This document shows, piece by piece, positions 39,071-50,166 of a stretch of 61,037 nucleotides of DNA. The notes under the pieces were generated by a model that was not told the DNA's origin, made no database searches, and saw nothing but the letters and a program-made list of their open reading frames with translations. The stretch comes from Catajapyx aquilonaris (Eukaryota): contig KZ538574.1 in the NCBI GenBank assembly GCA_000934665.2, positions 1 to 61,037 of the forward strand, read 5' to 3'. How positions within the stretch are numbered: position 1 is the first letter of the stretch; the number at the start of each line of letters is the position of its first letter. The position numbers were made by a program, and so were the translations under genes.

Positions 39071-40110
39071 CTTCAGCTGTTGGTGGGTGTAGAGCAGCAG
39101 CAGCAGCAGCAGGAACCATCGACACTGTAGGGGGGGTTCGGGAAACCCCTGACATTTTTTTAAAAAAATACCCGTGTCCAGTGTTGGGTAGGCACCAGCC
39201 CGGGTCCCGCAGCAGCACGCCCGCAGCATCCCGCCCTGGGCAGATCCTCATCGGACCCTTGGGCCACAGTCGCCTCCCTCCACTGCCCCCCCGTAACCCC
39301 CTCCCCTCAGCCCCTCCTGCTCCGACTTCTCCTTCAGCTCAACTCCCCGGACTAAAACACTGAAGATCCTCCGACCCAGAGAGAGGACAACCATAGCACG
39401 CCGAGCCAGAAGCTTGTGCGAGACAGGGGGAGCTTGAAGGTACTTGGCCCCCCGTATGGAGCACTGAGGGGGAACACTTTATTTTAATGGGGGAGGGCTA
39501 GGCCTAGTTGGACTTTACACCAAGGGAAAAAAGGGGTTTCTCTGAGTGATGTGTCGACTGAATAGGACCCGTTGAACCCTTTTGTGGGGGGGTGTGTGGT
39601 GGTGTTGCCGGGATCATACTTGGGGAGCGGGTGCCACTGTGAGGGTGCCATGCGACAAGGTCGTGACTTGTGCGTAGGCATGATTTGCATGACTTCGTTG
39701 GGGTGTCAGCTGATCTGGGATTGATTTCTGGCAAGGGGAATCAATAATTATGGTGGCTGTTGCCTTGAGATTGTTGTGGCATGTGTGTGAGCCAGTTCAT
39801 GCCAGTGGAGTGAACCAGCGCCAGCAGGGACAAGTCAGGTTGCACTGCTTCTAGGAAACGCGTGTTGCAGGAAAAATGAGCCTGATATCTTTGTCATTCA
39901 GCTGTTAATGAAGGACAAAGGCTCTGGCTCATTTCCAGAAAATGTTTCCTGGAAGCTTTGCAACTGAACTGTAGTATTCAGACCTGTGTGTTTAGGGAAG
40001 TGCAGTCCAACTCTTCAGCCTGTTGTTTACATAAGCATGTTTGATTACGCCTAGAACTTATGACAAAGTGTGTGATGGATGTACAAAGTGCCATACCCCT
40101 TGGCTTAGAG

Positions 40111-40264
40111 CAGGATTTCTCAACCGTTTTACCACTGCGGAACCCTTAAAATTATACTGTTGGCTCAGGGAGCCCATATGTAAAATTATTCTGTAAGTTA
40201 TGATTTAAAAAAAAAAAAAACATGTTAGCCTATTCATCAACAATGTTCCATTTGAGAAACCCTA
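40111..40264. mobile_element. Degenerate hAT (Charlie-like) MITE
   Basis: CAGGATTTCTCAA ... TTGAGAAACCCTA; flanks GCTTAGAG / TCTTATAG match at 6 of 8. Confidence 0.55.
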
Positions 40265-41237
40265 TCTTATAGGGTACTAAGACACAAGTTATCCCTGGCA
40301 TTTCTTTACTGTTAGAAGCACTAATTTAACATCTCATCTCACTGGATTCCAGACAGATTGTCCAGTTAGAATATTCATCTTGTGGCATAAAGGACATGTT
40401 TAAAATGGGATTATAATTTCCTACTCTTCTTATGGCATTGGGCTATTTTTAAGTCAAATCATGTAAATGACCAGAATGTTACTTCCCGGCTTGAGCACTT
40501 GATAGTTAATTCAGACACAGCCTGTCAACTGGGGAGGATGAATATTGCTGGATGGAGTAACTCAGAGTAGCAACCATGGCTTCTTCAGCCACCAAGTTAC
40601 AGATGCTCAATTATAGGAAAAGTGTCATTTCACTGACCACAATGCATGAGAGTGTGTGAGAAATGGTAAATATTTCAGTGCCACACGCGGGTCAGTCATG
40701 TTCACTGATTCTAGTGAGGGTTGGGACGGACAGAGAGAGAGATTTTGGAATGCAAGCCTCTCTTACCCATTTTCATGGTCAAAGCCAGAGGGTGCTGCAC
40801 ATGGCATCAATTGAGGTAATGGTGCCACAATTGAAGACATTACTACAGTAATTATGTAAAAATGACAGGTACAGAAAATAAAATTGGTAAATTGTGCTTG
40901 TTGACTTGAGCTGACTAGTCATTGAGACAGATGACTTGTGAGCAACCTCTGCATGAACAAGTGAATATACTGTAGATTGCAGTGTGGGTGAAGTGTTATA
41001 TTGGCTTGGTAGATCACATGTTTATCCAAATCTTTTAATCATTGTCATTAGTGAGAGCAAATATAGACAAAGAGTGGCTCATATTTTGGATGATGACTAA
41101 TATGTGAGTGTGAGTTAGCATTTATGTTGTGACATGGAAGCACTGCTGTGTTAAAGTGTTCCCTTAAGCAATGTTTCCAGGCAGCAATTGTCTAAATCTC
41201 ACATCCCTTTCCTCTGTCTTTTTAAGGCTAAGAGAGG

Positions 41238-44200
41238 ATGGCGAACCGAGGAGGGCCACAGAGACCAAACGGAGCGACGCAAGGGAAAATATGCCAGTTC
41301 AAACTAGTCCTTCTCGGGGAATCTGCAGTAGGGAAGTCCAGCCTGGTGCTGAGGTTTGTAAAAGGACAGTTCCACGAGTACCAGGAGAGCACCATAGGAG
41401 GTTAGTAACAAGTTTTTCATTACTTTGTGTTATAATAATGTATTACTGCTGTAAATGGGTAGAGGCCAATGAACTGTCAGTTACTGTTTTGGATATATGT
41501 GTCTGGCATGGTGTGTCATGGCATTGGGCACTTTAAAAAAAATTCAAGTGTGTAAAATTGACACTGATAAGTTGTCTGCATTGGTGTGATTGTTTCATAG
41601 TCCAGATTTCAATGCATCACAATATTGTATTGAAATTGCACATTTTAATGGGACATTGGAAATTTGTGTAGGATATGTCAAAAGTCATAATCATGGTAAT
41701 AATGCAGGGTTTTGCAGCAACCATTTGAAGCAACTATAAGAATCATCTTCACTTGTTATGAAACTGATTGCTGGAGTGAGCTGTTAATAATTTTTTTCAC
41801 CAACAACCCCCTTTAAAAATGCACAGGATAGGTACTTAGACTCTTATGTCCTTAGTTAGGTGTGTTTGTGCCAACAAAGTAACTCTTGGGAGATCACGAG
41901 ATTTCAAGAGAGTCATGTACTTGGTGGTACACTTCGTTGAATGGCAACATTTGGTTTAGAATCAGTGTAATGCAGACTTGAGTGTTTTTGAGATGGACTT
42001 CTTGCCAGTGGCATGCAGCAAAGTGGGACATTGCCTTTGGCATCTAGACTGCCAGAAACACTGCATTCCAGTTTTTACGATGCCACACATAACTCAGCTT
42101 GCCAATACGTATTTTGGAAGTGGCTAATTGTTAGTCATTGATTTGAAATGATTATTTTGACTGCCAATTTAATGCGGGAGGTTTTCTTTCCCTTACTTTA
42201 ATGGTAGCATATCTTGGTAAGCACAGTGTACAATAATATATATGATGTGAAGAACTCTTGTGATGAGAGGGGGAGTGCCAGATGCTGGAAAACTGCTGGA
42301 CTTTTAGCATCTGTTTGAATATTGAGCAGTCCTCAGCCATTTTTATTGATTCTTGACATATAGAGGCAAAAGCAAAATGTGTGCATGTAGTGTTGTGGCA
42401 AGTGGAAAATGAAACAAAAAGCAAGGTTTTATAGGATTGATACTTGATTGATCATGTGTTGCAAAATAGACATTTTCGCCCCATTGAATAAACCCTTTTT
42501 GAGAATTTAACACGTTTTCAATTGTCATCGAATGATTTGGCTTGTGGAATTCAAAGTGTGACAAGATGTATGTGCAGATAGGCACATTAGCTGTCTCGGC
42601 CTGCTGAATGTGATCGCATTCTCATAACAGTGTTGTTTCCTGCTTTGTTCCACAATATTATGAACTCGGCTAATGCTAATCAGCACCTCCAGAATAAGAA
42701 GGAATGGGGTGGAAGTTTTAACTGTAATGTAGGTTAATGCAGGGTTGCATTGCTGTTTAAAAATGGAGCTTGTCACCATGTTTGTTTTGGTCAGTACACT
42801 TTGGGAAGTTAGCTATCATGACACTGCGTACTGTAGAGGCTGCCAGCAGTGTATAAAAATGTTGCTTGAGTCTTTTAAATGAAGGCAGTGGGCAATACCT
42901 CAATTCCATATAATCAGAGATTTCATGAACTACTTTTTTACTAATTGGGGCGTTAAGCCTGTCCTAGCTTACTTCGCTACGCTGACTCCCCCTTGAAAGT
43001 GGATGCATAGCGTTGCACAGGAGTGGGCTCTGTCACGTATCTTTCCTTTGCCAGTAACAAGCTATGATGCATTTTAAATATTACTAGCTTACCAAGAAAA
43101 TACTACTGAGGGGGACGCACAAGAAATGTAATAGCTTGATGGACTCCATAATGAATGTTTCATTGACAGAACAGATGTGATGGGTAGCAGGTATTGAATG
43201 AAAAGCTTAAAGCTGTGTGCGTTAACTCACATTCTCGTAAATATTCTTTAAGGGAGTATTGTGTCCATTAAAGGGTATATTCCCTCACTAGTCATGCAAG
43301 GTGGTACAATGCCTAAGTGGGAAGTGTGGCAACAGTGGAAAGTTGATGCATCAGTTACCTCAGACTAGCAATGCAAATAATGTAGTCTCATCATTCAGTG
43401 CATTTCCACTTGATCATTGCAGTTTTTATGTAATGTCTGAGATGAAAATAGTTTGCTTCCCATGTCACTGCATCATGTAGGCAGTATTTAAGTGATTTTT
43501 TTGGCACTAATATTCTTATTAAGGTGTTACCGTATTACCTCACATAAAGCGGAATGCCGGTGTAGCCGAGGTCGATCAGTTTTTAGAAATGCACCATCTG
43601 GTGGCTATACCGGCATGCCGGTATAAGGCGAGGTTTTCACATAAGTTATATTATCCTTTCTGAACTTGACATTTGCCTGAAAATCGAAATTCACGTAAAG
43701 GCTATCAAAAAGGCACATTCTCCAAATAGGGTACCCTTACCAAATATTGTTTTCAATTGGCAATAATCTCTATTTAAACAGAATGTTAGAGCAGGGGGTT
43801 CCCCTGTCAAAGGAGGCTGGCGATGGGATTGGTCATACACATTACATTTTTTAAATGCACTGTGCAACAGAACTGACATATTCTCACACCCTGTACACTC
43901 GCCCAGTTTCATTGTAACATTATTGTAGTATGAACAGAAGCAGTTTGGAGTAGGGGATATGGTGTCCGACTGCTAATCGGGAGGTCCTGGGATCAAATCC
44001 CGGGGCCGGCAACTCTGACCGTGGTTTTCTGTGGTTTCCCACGGTCCCTCCAGGAAAATTTCGGAGTTGCTTCCGTAATTAATAGGCCACAGCCGCTTCC
44101 TTCCGTCCCTATCCCATCCCAAAAAGTGCAGTAAAATGAAAGCAAAGAGTTCCAGGCAAAACAAAAAAACTTCCCCCCTAAAGAGCCGACAGCTGATAAT

Positions 44201-45001
44201 GGGGTATGAATTATTATTATTGTAGTATGGTACCAGAAGCATTCCAAAAAATTTGGCAAGGATTAAAATGACTGAAATCTACCTCGGTTTTGCGCCATGC
44301 CGGCCACCCCAGGGTTATACCGGCATGCCTCATTATGTGAGGTAATACGGTACTATTGCACAGCTAATTGTAGGTGTTGTGAAAAATGAATATTATATGA
44401 AGGACAATTGCTAAGAAGCCTTACCTTATCTCTTAATTTTCCAGCCGCTTTCCTAACTCAGACGGTATGTTTGGACGACACGACAGTAAAATTTGAAATC
44501 TGGGACACAGCGGGACAAGAGAGGTATCACAGTCTGGCTCCCATGTACTACAGAGGGGCACAGGCAGCGATTGTGGTCTATGACATCACTAACCCAGACA
44601 CATTTGGGAGGGCTAAGACCTGGGTGAAGGAGCTGCAAAGACAGGCCTCCCCCAACATAGTAATAGCACTTGCTGGTAATAAGGCAGACCTGGCCAACAA
44701 AAGGGTGGTGGAATACGAAGAGGCCCAAGCGTATGCGGAGGAGAATGGCCTTCTCTTCATGGAGACCTCTGCAAAGACCGCCATGAATGTCAATGACATC
44801 TTTCTGGCAATAGGTGAGTCTTCATTGGTCCTTAATCATGATCTACACGTACATAAAAAATTGACTGCAACACTTATTATCCACACAGCCAAGAAACTTC
44901 CAAAGAATGACCAGGCGGCAGGTCCAGGGACGACTAGCCAAGCCAGGCGGTTAGTAGAAACGGATACCCAGCAGAAGACCCCAACCAGCTGCTGCAAGTG
45001 A
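41238..45001 (+). CDS. Rab5: Small GTPase Rab5, 214 aa
   Basis: Exons 41238-41400, 44445-44813, 44889-45001. Motifs [33 protein letters not shown]-terminal CCK. Confidence 0.97.
43530..44350. mobile_element. pogo/Tigger-like non-autonomous element in a Rab5 intron
   Basis: TA|CCGTATTACCTCACATAA ... TTATGTGAGGTAATACGG|TA. Confidence 0.85.
43940..44120 (+). mobile_element. tRNA-derived SINE inside the preceding element
   Basis: A-box-like TGGAGTAGGGG, B-box-like GGATCAAATCCC, then a GGTTTTCTGTGGTTTCCC...GGCCACAGCCGCTTCCTTCC body recalled from insect SINEs. Boundaries approximate. Confidence 0.7.
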
Positions 45002-47362
45002 TCACACTTTTCATAACAAGTTAAACAAGAATATAACATCTAACACCAAACACAAGATTGGAAATTATGTATACATACATTACAAAAGAAGCAAACACTT
45101 GTCATCAGGACCCTCCTCTCCCACACGTTATTCCCCTCCCCCCCCCNCCCCCCTCCAAGGAATACCTTGTCCTGTTTCCCATGAATTTGCGATGCAGATA
45201 GCGTTCAAAGTATGAATGAGTCGTATACAGACTTGGTGGAAGAAAAAAGAGTTTGTAGGCATGTATCTTTGGCCCCCCACCCTTTCCCCCTCCTTTTTGC
45301 CCCTTCGTGAAGACAAAGAAAAAAACACACCTTAAAATTTTCCAGGTCCAGTCTTTCAATGACAGTTTACAGTTTTTTGCTGTGGACCAGGATTTGAAAA
45401 CGAGAGAAAAGAAAATTAGGCATAGATAACCTGCATTCCTGTCTCGATAAACAAGAAATAACCCCCTTCCAATACCCTAAACATGAGTTTTTTAAAAAAC
45501 ACAAGTGGATATTGATCAACATTCCTGGAATGATAGGCATGCAAGACATGGGTTTTTTGTCAAAGCCCGTTCTTTCCACCAATCATGTTTCACTGTTTTC
45601 ATTGTATTATTTGTAACCTTTTCTTATTGCCCAATGGACAGCAAGAAAAAATGGTATATAGAACAAAACCACAAAAAAATAATTGTATGGAGTGCAGCTG
45701 CGATCTATTGTATCTATAAAATGGTTTCTTTTTGTTGGGAGGATTGTGTACAGGACGGATCTTTTCCAGTGTTTTCGTGAATTTGTATGTGGATGGGAGG
45801 AAATGGGGAGGTGTAGATAACATTGATCTGCACTTATTGATTAGGCACTGATTGGTTTTTGGGGGCGGTGGGACTGTACTTATAATTATGTTTCTAAAAA
45901 TTAATTGCGTTGCCTCCCCCCCACCCCCTAGTACAGCATATGTGAGCATGTGGACAAAAATAGTACGTCATCCCCTCCTCTTTTTTTTTATATCTCAGAC
46001 CTACCTGAAACAATTGGAGACATTCCTTTTTGGGATATTGTTTTGCATGTAGCCACTAGCAAGGCGTATGCGCCTCATACCATTGCCCCGTGTGAAAAAA
46101 ATTTCTAATTTAGTTGATTTTGCTTCCTTCAGCAGTAGTTTTGGGTTAGGTGTACAGAATTTTGGTGGACCTGGGTAGTCCGTGTATAGTTTTATTCCCC
46201 CCCTCCCACCTCCCAAGCATTGACTTTTCTGGTGTGCGTCGCCAACTGTCACAAGATCACCTATCTCCCCATGAGGGGCAAATCCAACAAGTCATCATTG
46301 CTGCCAACTTAAATAATGGCCACCCTCTAACCCTACAAATTTATTATTCCCCTTCTTTCCAAAACCCAGTCATGACTCGATTAAGATTGGAATATGTAAT
46401 TTAATATATGAGAGAAAGAGAGAGACATGTACGACAAGCTTATCAATATTATTATTATTATTATATTATATTATTATTAATAATCCAAGTATGCTCATCT
46501 GTCAAACTGCTTTGGATTGTACAGAGCCTATATTGAATAAAAATTTAAAAATGCCGAGTTCCAAATACAAAGTGGTTTAGCGCATGTATATATACTCACG
46601 TGCACCAGGCAAGACGCGAAGCAAGGTGGTGTATTAAATAAAAAAACAAATACTGATTTAAAACCACATGTTTGTTTTTCCTCGAGTGGAACAGAACTGA
46701 AGTTGGAAAATTGTGGTGTGAGGTTTTTAATCCCAGTCAATATTTTTTGTTGTTGCTCTTTGTATGTAAATAAATGCTTACCATGTCACCTGGCAATTCA
46801 AAGAAAATACATGTTCTCATAGCAAACCTACTTGTGTCATGTGTCGGCTACCAGAGTAGAGTGAAACACGAGCACATGGTGAAGTTTGTTGAATCGCAAA
46901 AGAAAGTTTGTCTCTCTTAAAAATGATGCAGCCAACCTCTTTCAGGCCACATTCATGCTATCTGTTTGTGACATTCACTTGGCTCATTTACAACATGAAT
47001 TGTGAGATCCGAGACAGTGTAGAATGTGCAGGGATCCAGCAGTGCAGGTTTGTGTTATCAAATGCTGACATTGAATGTAGCCCTGTACAGTACAGCTGCT
47101 GTTTGACAGTCAAGGCCACAGGCAGCCCATCTCACTTGTCAGTGCTCCAGTTTCATTTGCATGAAACACCAACCAAGGACCACTAGTTATTTTGTGATGT
47201 ACTGGTGGTATATGACTATATGTCACCTGGAACATGCAGTTAACCCAGGGAAAGTAATTATGCGTGATTAGTAGTACGAGTACTGCAGCGTATGACACTG
47301 GATCACAAAGTGTAATGTCACAATGTGCCACAAATAGGCTGAAAGAGGATCAAAAACTAATT

Positions 47363-47610
47363 GAGGCGCTCAGAGGAAAAACGGCATATCCCAACTGGAG
47401 TTCATTTTGACATACACGCCTTTATGAGTTGCAAGAGAATAGGATTTTCCGTTGCTGACCAATTTTACAAGTGGAATATGTGAGCTTTGGCATATCCCAA
47501 TTCATTTGGGACTTCGGCACATGAAAGGTAGAAGGCAGGAGAGTACAAAAGCACTGCTATCTCCAAATTGGAGGTCAGTTGGGATATGCCGTTTTTCCTC
47601 TGAGCGCCTC
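47363..47610. mobile_element. MITE with GAG termini and 4-bp TSD (Sola-like)
   Basis: AATT|GAGGCGCTCAGAGGAAAAACGGCATATCCCAACTG ... CAGTTGGGATATGCCGTTTTTCCTCTGAGCGCCTC|AATT. Confidence 0.85.
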
Positions 47611-48164
47611 AATTATTATCTGGACTTACTGGCATCACAATTTGCTTCCATGGATAAGTGATGAGCGGTAAGTGGCTGGTTTTCAATATTTTCTGCAGTT
47701 TCATTTTCAGTAAATAAACTGTCATTCCCATTTCAGTCAGACTCATATTTCAGGTTTACTTACTACCTTAATTACAAGAATATGTGCACGACTTGGAAAG
47801 AAAATGTTCGGATACGTCATACCTGGGAATCATAATGTAATTGTGGTCCTAGACATGTTCCAAGATAGTATTGCATAAAAATTCAGCACAAGTGTTGCTA
47901 CCTGAATTGAAAAGAGGTGTGCAGGGCCACTGGGATAAAAAGGTAGATATCAATCCAGCAATATCTTGTTCTACACTGCTTGCCATTATTATATTAATTT
48001 TATTACCCACAGTTGCTGTTCAATATATCCTGTGGAAGTAGTTACTGGGGTCTCCTTCATCACCAACTACCCCTTATACTTACAGGGCAATGTCGTGATG
48101 ATGGTGGTGTTGTTATTACTTTTGTAGTTTTGTCATATTTTGGCCTTGAGCTATTTCAGACTAA

Positions 48165-48327
48165 AGCGTCGTTTACATGTGAGCGATTTGATGAGCTATG
48201 ATATCGCCGAGTAACCAGTATTGTTTGAGGTGAAAATCTATTGTTACTTAAACTTTAAACAATTGGGTTACTTAGTTCAGCTCAGGGACGACTTCGCTCG
48301 TCAAATCGCACACATGTAAATGCACCT
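48165..48327. mobile_element. MITE family AGGTGCATTTACATGTG, copy 3
   Basis: TTTACATGTGAGCGATTTGA ... TCAAATCGCACACATGTAAATGCACCT; internal TATTGTTTGAGGTGAAA shared with copy 2. Confidence 0.75.
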
Positions 48328-49204
48328 TTAGGCCAGTTCTGTTGGCTAAAATCAAAACCCTGTAACTCAGTTTTTAGTCACTTCAAGATATTTCACATTT
48401 GAAGTTTGCATGTTTCCTTTGTTGTATTATACACAAGTGTGCAGTTTCAATGTAGCCAAAATATTGCAAGGGTTGCTCGTACAGGCATAGGCTTTGTACT
48501 AAAAAGGTGGGAGAAAAGATGAGTGCAATAGTGCATTTATCTCCATTTACATAATTTTGGGATATGCAGGGTTTTTGTTTGGGGCACGAAGTTGTATGAG
48601 ATTAACATCAACTATGGTTTGGTGTTCCTTACATTTACCATCCTGTAACATTTGCACGAGAAATTGAACAAAACCTGTGATGTAGTGTACATAACCCACC
48701 CCAGTAATGAGCAATTCCTGTACAAGCGTACAGCACATAAGATCCTCTTACGATTCCTGCCAACTACATGGCTATCCACCCACCCAAATTCATGCCTATT
48801 CATTCGCTGTCTTTCAATCTTACCTGTCCGCAAGAAGTCTGAAATTAGGAGGGGAAAAAACCCCCACCCCCACATCCCAGTAAAATTAAATCATACCAGA
48901 GGAAGTGTGAAATTTCTGCAATTTTATTCACAAAAAGTTTCATTTTTCCAGCTTCAGTTAAGCTGTATAAGGGCCGCAAACTGCCATTTGCGAGAAGGCG
49001 CTTCCCAACGACTCTCCAGAAAAACTGTGGAAGAAAACGAGGCACATCAGTGATCATGTATGACGCAGGCTGCACCATATTCCATCAGTGATAACTTGCA
49101 TTGGCATTATGGTGAACGACCACTGATGGGATATTAGGCTGCAGTCTTTACAAGGGGTCGGCCTTCACTTACATGTCCGGTGGCAGAGGTGCGAGTGATC
49201 CCGT

Positions 49205-49418
49205 TTACTTGGACCTGGCCCTCATCTTCCTCCTCTTCCGCTTCAGCCTTCGCATACGCTTCTTCTTCCACTGAAATCAGGTCAAGACCGAAATTAGCCC
49301 ACACGTGGCTGCGCCTCCATTACGGGGTGGGCCCTCGTTCCCCCACCGACACAACATTCGGCAAACCCCCGATCCCGCCCGCCCGACCGAGATCCTTTCG
49401 TCTCACCTTAGCACGCAT
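49205..49418 (-). CDS. RpL41: Ribosomal protein L41 (eL41), 25 aa
   Basis: ATG CGT GCT AAG|GTGAGA (49418-49407) spliced to TTTCAG|TGG...TAA (49270-49205) gives [25 protein letters not shown]. Confidence 0.95.
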
Positions 49419-50166
49419 CTCCGAGGGTGTTGGGGACGGGCCCCAGTGAAAGGATGGGTCGAGATGGGCTCAGAACAATCCGGATTCCGGAGCCAAGTTG
49501 AGCCCGCTCCAAAGGCGAGCAAGGACCAGCCAAGAGTGGGGTTGGGGGAGGGGACGGCAGGAGGCGCTGCGGTGGGGGGCAGCCGGATAGCCAGTTGGCA
49601 CGATAGCAGCTACAGATAACGAGTCAGGTGCAGCGGTGTCCTGGTAAAAATACTAACTTTTTAACTGGGGTTGCTCACGACGGGACTGATCATTAACTAC
49701 AATGCATTACGTTAATACACATTTTATGGCCTGTTAGACAAGCCCAAGTCCCACATTTGCAATAGTCGCATGGTCGCTAATATTAAAATAACAGTTTATT
49801 GTAGCTACTTGCTTCCTGGATTAGCCGCCAGTTGGCGCCAGTTGTACATATTTTCCTAATTATGTTTATTAATTAAGACATACATTCATGCACGCAGCTG
49901 TATTAAAGGCGCAATTAAAATATATAAACCAATTATATTCATGCGGATGATGTGTCGGAAGTTGGCTAAATGATGTGGCGGTTTCGGATGTGAGCAAAAT
50001 TGATCAACACTTCTGATTATCACGTTTTGCAATTAAATTAAGTAAAACTGAGAGTTTGGAGGTGTGATCTTTCGCCGAATTTTTTTGCGTGCAAATTTTA
50101 GTTTGGCCAGCCCCCGCCTTGGGCCGGCGTGGCGCTGGTGTACTAAAGGATTAGGCGGGGGTCAAG

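Noticed and set aside
38989..39363. Pro/Ala-rich 124-aa ORF
   Set aside because: Non-ATG start in the GC-rich Rab5 promoter and leader.
43945..44010. tRNA gene
   Set aside because: No complete cloverleaf; continues into a SINE body.
48643..48823. H/ACA snoRNA in the second RPL41 3'UTR intron
   Set aside because: AGAGGA and ACA boxes and one weak hairpin are present, but no convincing 5' hairpin by eye.
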